Source of the DNA: Eutreptiella sp. 'Long Island Sound 2002' | Lineage: Eukaryota > Protista > Euglenida | Reading direction: 5' to 3' | DNA length: 64,000 bases | Assembly: GCA_964036045.1 (NCBI GenBank) | Contig: OZ038378.1 | Location: forward strand, 55,552,001-55,616,000 | Part shown: piece by piece, positions 57,901 through 64,000 of the stretch | Layout of the letters: every line of letters starts with the position of its first letter | Position numbering within the stretch: the stretch's first letter is position 1 | Notes under the pieces: generated by a model | Told to the model about the DNA's origin: nothing | The model's input: the letters and a program-made list of their open reading frames with translations, nothing else | The model's database searches: none | Program-made: the position numbers and the translations under genes

Positions 57901-60900
57901 ATTAAGCCCACTGTACTAGCGCAAAAAGATCATATGTCCGGCATACTGGCTTGAAATGACAAAACCCAAGAGCTACATCTAGGTTCTTTTTGACGGTAAA
58001 CATGAATACGAAGTCAAAAATTGGGACTCTTGTGGCCACAATTTGGAAATCTGCGATCAGTGTTGCACGTCCGTTTTTTGTTCTTTTTGCAAAAGCAAAA
58101 GTTCATAGCATTTCTTTTGCTAGTGCGCGTTTAAATCCATTTCCTAGCTTATCTGGAATTCTTGGATCATGGCCCAAAAACAGCAACTTGGAAGGCCGCT
58201 ATCCAAAAAAAACACATATCGTTGGGGCAAACGGATTTCACGTGCCGCATCAGTGTCCTTTTGCGGTAATTTCGAGGGGGAACTGTGCTTCGCTTTTGAA
58301 ACAGTCGAAAAAGTTTGGGCCACTCGGCATCAAATGCCTATGGTGGCTGGACGCCGGGTCATGGGCCCCTGGGTGCCTACCATTCCCGCCCCTCTATCGA
58401 GCCCCCTCACGGGGCGACATTCTACAAGACCTCTAGGGTTCATTCGCGGGCTTGCACGAGAAAATCTAGTGATAAGGCGGGCAAACCGTCCAATGGCTCT
58501 TGCCGGACAGGCCTGGGAGCCAGAGGTAAAAGCTTTGTCACAACTTTTGCACTTGGAGGTAAGCAACCACCTCCACTTGGCTGAGGCTAGATCACCAAAT
58601 TAACCGAAGCATTGGGACGCGATCAAAAAATATGTTGGTGATATTCATACCAAAATGGTGAAGTGCTTGTTGCGTGTTGCTTGTTGCTCGCTAGATTTCA
58701 GGAGAGTGGCGTGTAGTATTTTATAATACATACGTGGCAAAACACACCGTTTGTGCCGCAGCAACTTAAAAGCCATTGTGGTGTTTCGGGCAACCGGAAC
58801 TCTACTTGCTTGGTGACCTGCAGACCTCCTTTTTTGGCCGTGGAATGAGTACTTTTGGAGCGACTTTTAGCGGCAATGTTGCGCGATGCTTGGGATGCTA
58901 ACAACACACACGACAGGCCACTCAAAAGCTTTTCTGTGATGGGGGTTGCGGGGGAAGGTTCCTCACATTTGGGTATCCAGCCTATGCGAAGGTTCCAATA
59001 GGGATCACACCGGTCCCATGGGTACAGAGGTAGAGGCTTAGCCCCCATGATCGTCTCATTCAATCGATGCCCACCATCACTATTCTTTTCCATCGTCCAT
59101 GGTAGCTCAACCAAGTATATTCGTGTTGTTTGGACCTAGAACCATGGGTGAGGCTTGTAGTTTGCCAGTTGTCGCCTCGTTGACGCATAGTCACATGGCT
59201 TGGTGGTTTGGCGTTTCGCGCAAAATCGGCATTTTCGGGTTCATGGGTTCATTCGCTTGAGCTCTTTCTCTGACATATTGTTGAGTTGGCACAAACTGCT
59301 GGGATCATTTGGAAGCCGAAGTCAAGTCCTAACAGGATAGCGGGACTCGTCACATGCCATCCCCAGCTCGTTTTTGGCAATTGTTAACGTCTTTCATGCC
59401 CACTTTCGGTCAAAATTGACCTAGCCTTTTTTCGCCTTTTTACCCACGTAAACATCCACTCCCCTCCACGCATTAAGGTACTAAGCCGGAGTGTTACGTG
59501 AGGCGCAACCAAGTATATTTTTGTTTGGTTTGGACGCCAAAAGTTTGTTGGGGCTTGTAGTGAGCCACATTTAGCCTCGTTGGCGTCTAGCTATGTAGGT
59601 TGGGCGGTTGTCATTCTGGTCCAAAATTCTTTGTCCGGCTTGTGAGTTTGTTTGTCGGAACTCGTTTTCCCACATATCGTGGTGTTAGAGCAAACCGTCT
59701 GCCTCGCTTGAAAGCCCAAGACACGTTGTAAAAGAATTGTAGGAGAGACCATAGGCTGTGTCTTAAACCTGTCTCACAAAAACTAGGTTTTTGGAGCCTT
59801 TTCACCCGCTTAAATCTGCTCTATTTTTGTCACCACTTTCATTGTGCAAACCTGCACCTCCCCCCACGCAGTATTGTAAGAACCCAGAGTGTCACCACAT
59901 GCACAACAAGGTAGAATTGTGCAGTTTGGGACGAGAGAGGTGGGCTCATTGACGACTGCCGATATAGCTTGGGCTTTGGCATTTCGCGCGATTTGTGGCT
60001 GTGAGTCCATTGTCGGTGCTCGTTCTGTGACATATTATGGAGTTGCAACGATCCCATGGGCTCATTTTGAAGCCCAAGGCAAACACACAAAGGATCACAC
60101 GACGGGTCATAGCATTTGTTAAATTTACATCTAACAAAATTTAGTCTTTGGTGCCCGTTTTTAGGTAAAACGGGACCTCATTTGTTCAAGATTTTATTTG
60201 TCCAAACGTGCACCACCCTTCAAGTTGTAACGGACGAAGCCCGGTTCATACCTTACACACGACCACGCATATTTGTGCCACTATAGCTTGCAAGAATACC
60301 AAATGTATGTATTGTACCTCGGGAGGCCGCTTTACCCCATAGGTACAGTGGTTGGAGATGTTGTCATTTGGACCGAAATCGTCAATCCTTCATTCATGGT
60401 TCTTAATATGGGGAAAGCAATATGGGCATGCCATTGAGTCTGCAAGGCCCATTGGAAGTTTGCACATGTCCATCCTGAGGTGATGCTCCTTGTTGTGCAA
60501 ATGGTCCGAGCTAGCACAAGTCGGCTTTGCTACGACCATCACTATTTCCGACCAAAATTAGCACAATTTTATTTCATTTTGGGCGATTAAAAAGGGGGAG
60601 AGGCTTGGTGGGATGGAGCCCAACGGAATCCCACCAAGCCTCTATTGTTAGAAAAAGCAAGGCGTAGGGAAAGCCTTGGTAAAACCACTTTTTCTAGCTA
60701 TTGCTAAACAAAGTGGCACATTAGTTATGTCTTTTGTGCTAATGTCCATGATGTATTAAGAGTAATCTCTTCTTTTTAACCGTGTTTAATGGTTATGCAA
60801 TCGCGATTAACTTTCATACCAGATACTGGGGCAGGCTATTGTGTCTTTTGCCGAAAAAGAATCATGTGTTATCAAAAAGGGATGAAACATTTCTCAAGGA

Positions 60901-63900
60901 TCATTGTGCATGGCTAATTGGTTGACTAGGGATTGAATCTTTTCAAAAATTTCTTTGTGGCCTAAGACGGTCGTGACAGTCCAAGGTTGTAGGCGTCCTT
61001 TGCAGCACATGATATGGTGTCGACTGGCCTTATAGCACCATATACCGAATAATACGGACTTCACTGTAATAGTTACAAAAGCACGAATTGGTTGGGGACC
61101 CAACGCCTCGCCTCCCACGATCCATGACACGCTGCCTCACTCCGTGCACACAGACACCACAGTGCTCTAAAGCGACGTAACGAAATCCCCACTCTTTTTT
61201 GCAGCCCCCTCAGGGTAGTCCTAGCCCCTAGCTGTCCGTGATCCCCTTCTTGTGAAGGTCCCTCATGTGCGCTGCGACCCGGGTCATGCCACAAAAAAAC
61301 TTCAAACAATGTCCCCAACGTAGGCTGCCATTGCTTCGCACCAGCTAGAATTACTCGTCTTACGAGGGACGAACGGTTGTGGAGGACCTTCGTATCCACC
61401 ATTTTGATGATACCCTCTTTGTCGCCTTGGTTCCACTTGAACTTAGGGTTACTCGTGAGCCAGATCTGCTAGGTGTGTCCCATCCAGTATCCTTGGTGCC
61501 GGGCCTGATAACGTTTAGACAACATCGAGCTAAAGCAGCGTCTTTTTCGCTACGGGTAGTTCAGGACCTAGCTTTTCACGTTTTGGTACCTTGGATTGGT
61601 ATTGATGTTGGAGTTTTGCCCTCTTCCCCTCCCTCCCCCGGCGCCCTGAGCTATTGCATGATTTGCGTGATCTTTTCTTGTATGTTCATAGCCAACGAGT
61701 GCTTGCATATGGCCGATGCCCCTAGTGAACCGCCGATGCATCCAGAGGCAGTCAAGAAATGGGAGGATCCATCCAATGTGCATAAAGAATTAATAGCAAC
61801 TGTGGAGAGCCCATAAGCAAAAAGCAGCAGCCATCCAGAGCCCATAATGAAATAATAGCAACCATTTAGAGCGCAAAAGGAAATACCCGCAGGCATTCAG
61901 AGGCTACTAGTAAACAATAGCAACCACCTTGAGCGCATCAGGGAATACAGACACCCATTGCAGAGCCCATCACGAAACAACATCAACCATGCAGAGGGCA
62001 TCAAGAAATAACAATGTATGTGAAGCCATACAGGGAACAAACGGCAACCACCAAACAAAACAAAGTAACGAACACGAACAAGAGTCACACAAAGTGCCAC
62101 AATAAGCAAGGCTCCCCAATAAAATCACCGCAGAAAAATATAAAGCATGCAGTCATGCGTATAGAACCTCCAAAGTGGAGTCAAGCTGCCCCCCACACCC
62201 ACCCCAAATTTTCTATCCGATACCCTCAAAATCCTCCCGCCATCGGTATGTGTGAAATGGAACCAAACAATGAAAAAATCTCTTGTTTTCATTGATGTGC
62301 CCGTCAAGCCATCAAAGGCCTTGTTGAGGGGCATTCATGGCTTCCGTATGTAGTGGACACCATTGCAAACATTTGAAGTACGCTTGCACAGTGTGCTAGG
62401 AATCATTGTGGGAGTTGTCCTGTTATCGTATTGGCGGTGCACCATTGCATGCGAATCATCACCACACGGAACTGACATCTATCGGAAACGAGTTGCGTTT
62501 GGTAATGATGCCACATGAAAGATGAGCCAATTCTCTTCAACACGGCTCAAAAAAGAGCCCCACATTGTAATGAGGCATCTTTGGGGTCGTGAATGACGAG
62601 GCTCTTGCAATCCACTACAACGTCTCTGACGAAAACATAGCAAACCCCTATTGTGGAATGTCGGGATGTCATTTGTAACGGCGCAACGTCTTTGGGTGTA
62701 CAAATGAGGCTTAGCGTGGGAAATGGTCACATGAGTTAGGCCATCTGCACGTTGATGATGACATGTTTCACTTCGACGGTCCCTTGGGGTAAGAGAACCT
62801 CAAGTAGGCACTCGATTGTTGACGTGCACAATGTTCCGCAAGTTGGACATTGTGCTCACGAGAATCATTCCTCTCATGCGGGCAATATTCAAAGGGCAAG
62901 TGGAAACTACACACGTTCAAATGGGGGTAGTCACGAATGGACCTCGGAAGCTGAAGCACATGCGATTTAGGCAGGGACTTTGTTGCTGGATCGTAGTTGC
63001 TGGATGGCAACAACAAGCCACAAGTCTTCAGTGCTCGTGTCAAGGGCCAAATGTTTGTGCTTTAGTTATCAACCTTGTGTGCGGCTCATGGACGATGCAC
63101 TTGTGGTATAAAGGCTATTTTTGGAGAGTGCATTTTGCAAACGCCGGATGGCAGGGAGAACTGGACTGGCTACTCGAGCCATCGATGAATTAATGCTGTC
63201 CTCATTGAGGTTGTCAATGTCCAATGACAAATGGTCTCCTTATAATTGTCTATCAATATAAGACCGGCACGAAAATGACACGTATTGCAGGATGTTCACT
63301 TTTAAAATTCAGGCATCCACGTTTTGCGGGAAATCAAATGGTAGTGCTATGAGCGGTTTACACACATGACTCCCGCAATGAGAGCGGATGTGAAGGTTCT
63401 CGGTGGGTCCGGAGGAATGGGAGGAATGTGCTAAACAAGCTTGTGTGCCGAAACATTTGTTGCCACAAACCAATTCCATAGCTGCATGTAATATTGGTCC
63501 ACATAAAATGTGTCATGATGGTAGATAAGGATGTCAATGCAACATAGGCGTGCGCTGCTGCAAAGTACCTTGCCATATCAATTCACACAATACGATATAA
63601 TGCGGTACGGTCACCCCCTGTCATCCGTGAACAGTACATGCATAGCTCGCGAGCATTGGAAATTGCAATTTTTTGTCCCGGACGAATGGCGTGAACACGG
63701 GGATCAGTTGTTGACATGGACAATTAGGCTACTCTCTAGTGCGACCAATGGGGCACGGAACGATAACACAATTCCACCATTGATTGATGACAACCATTGA
63801 TGAGTTCACTCAATACTCATGTTGCAAATTAGCCAATTTGGCATGCCAATGGCCACGAACATGTTTTGTGGCAGTACACGGCGATTGGGATAATAGATGT

Positions 63901-64000
63901 AGTCGAACATCGCTTGATTGGTGGGAGCACGACCCATGTCCACGTGGGTAGTACTGAAAGTCACAATTCTACATCTTAGTTGTGCCATGAAGTATGCATT
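52000..64000. other. Old, heavily decayed sequence with short protein-like fragments; no assignable gene
   Basis: No ORF above about 180 aa and no motif set I could confirm. A weak integrase-zinc-finger-like string (HEG..GDHGQLGARTTLRGL...C.C) occurs at 61073-61402 on the minus strand. Confidence 0.4.

Noticed and set aside
59810-60090. hAT transposase remnant (VTERAPTM, ILPCCAC)
   Set aside because: The catalytic Asp and the CxxH His are both missing and no other hAT motifs are in order.
63531-63800. DUF6589-like GDQLLT motif
   Set aside because: A single short match at the window edge without supporting motifs.

Overview
This is a repeat-dominated eukaryotic window with short GT-AG introns (about 125-170 bp) and long G/C homopolymers. 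I recognise no host housekeeping gene and cannot name the organism. The window is a nest of mobile elements. Four DNA transposons can be delimited exactly by terminal inverted repeats (TIRs) and target-site duplications (TSDs). Family B has two members, B1 (5203-10686, TSD TA) and B2 (30153-36201, TSD TG). Both have CCCTTGG termini, a divergent CMC/Transib/RAG1-like transposase and a second conserved gene. Family A has two delimited members, A2 (36962-43937, TSD ACTTT) and the apparently non-coding N1 (19731-22202, TSD AACCG), both with CTTAG...CTAAG termini and 5-bp TSDs. A2 encodes an uninterrupted 699-aa DDE-like ORF and a spliced cargo gene with a ParB/Srx-like domain and a degenerate methyltransferase-like C-terminus. 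Two further decayed copies of the family A transposase are present. The window also holds a P-element-like transposase pseudogene, non-LTR retrotransposon debris (YADD RT, RNase H, CCHC, zf-RVT), a repeat carrying tRNA-like A/B boxes and several minisatellites. The most unusual signal is that each DNA element has its own palindromic motif, placed next to both TIRs and also inside its spliceosomal introns. The motifs are GTTCTAG/CTAGAAC in B1, GTTCCGG/CCGGAAC in B2, GCTGGNNCCAGC in A2 and TGTCAGGATCCTGACA in N1. All family and domain names come from alignment by eye and need HMM confirmation.
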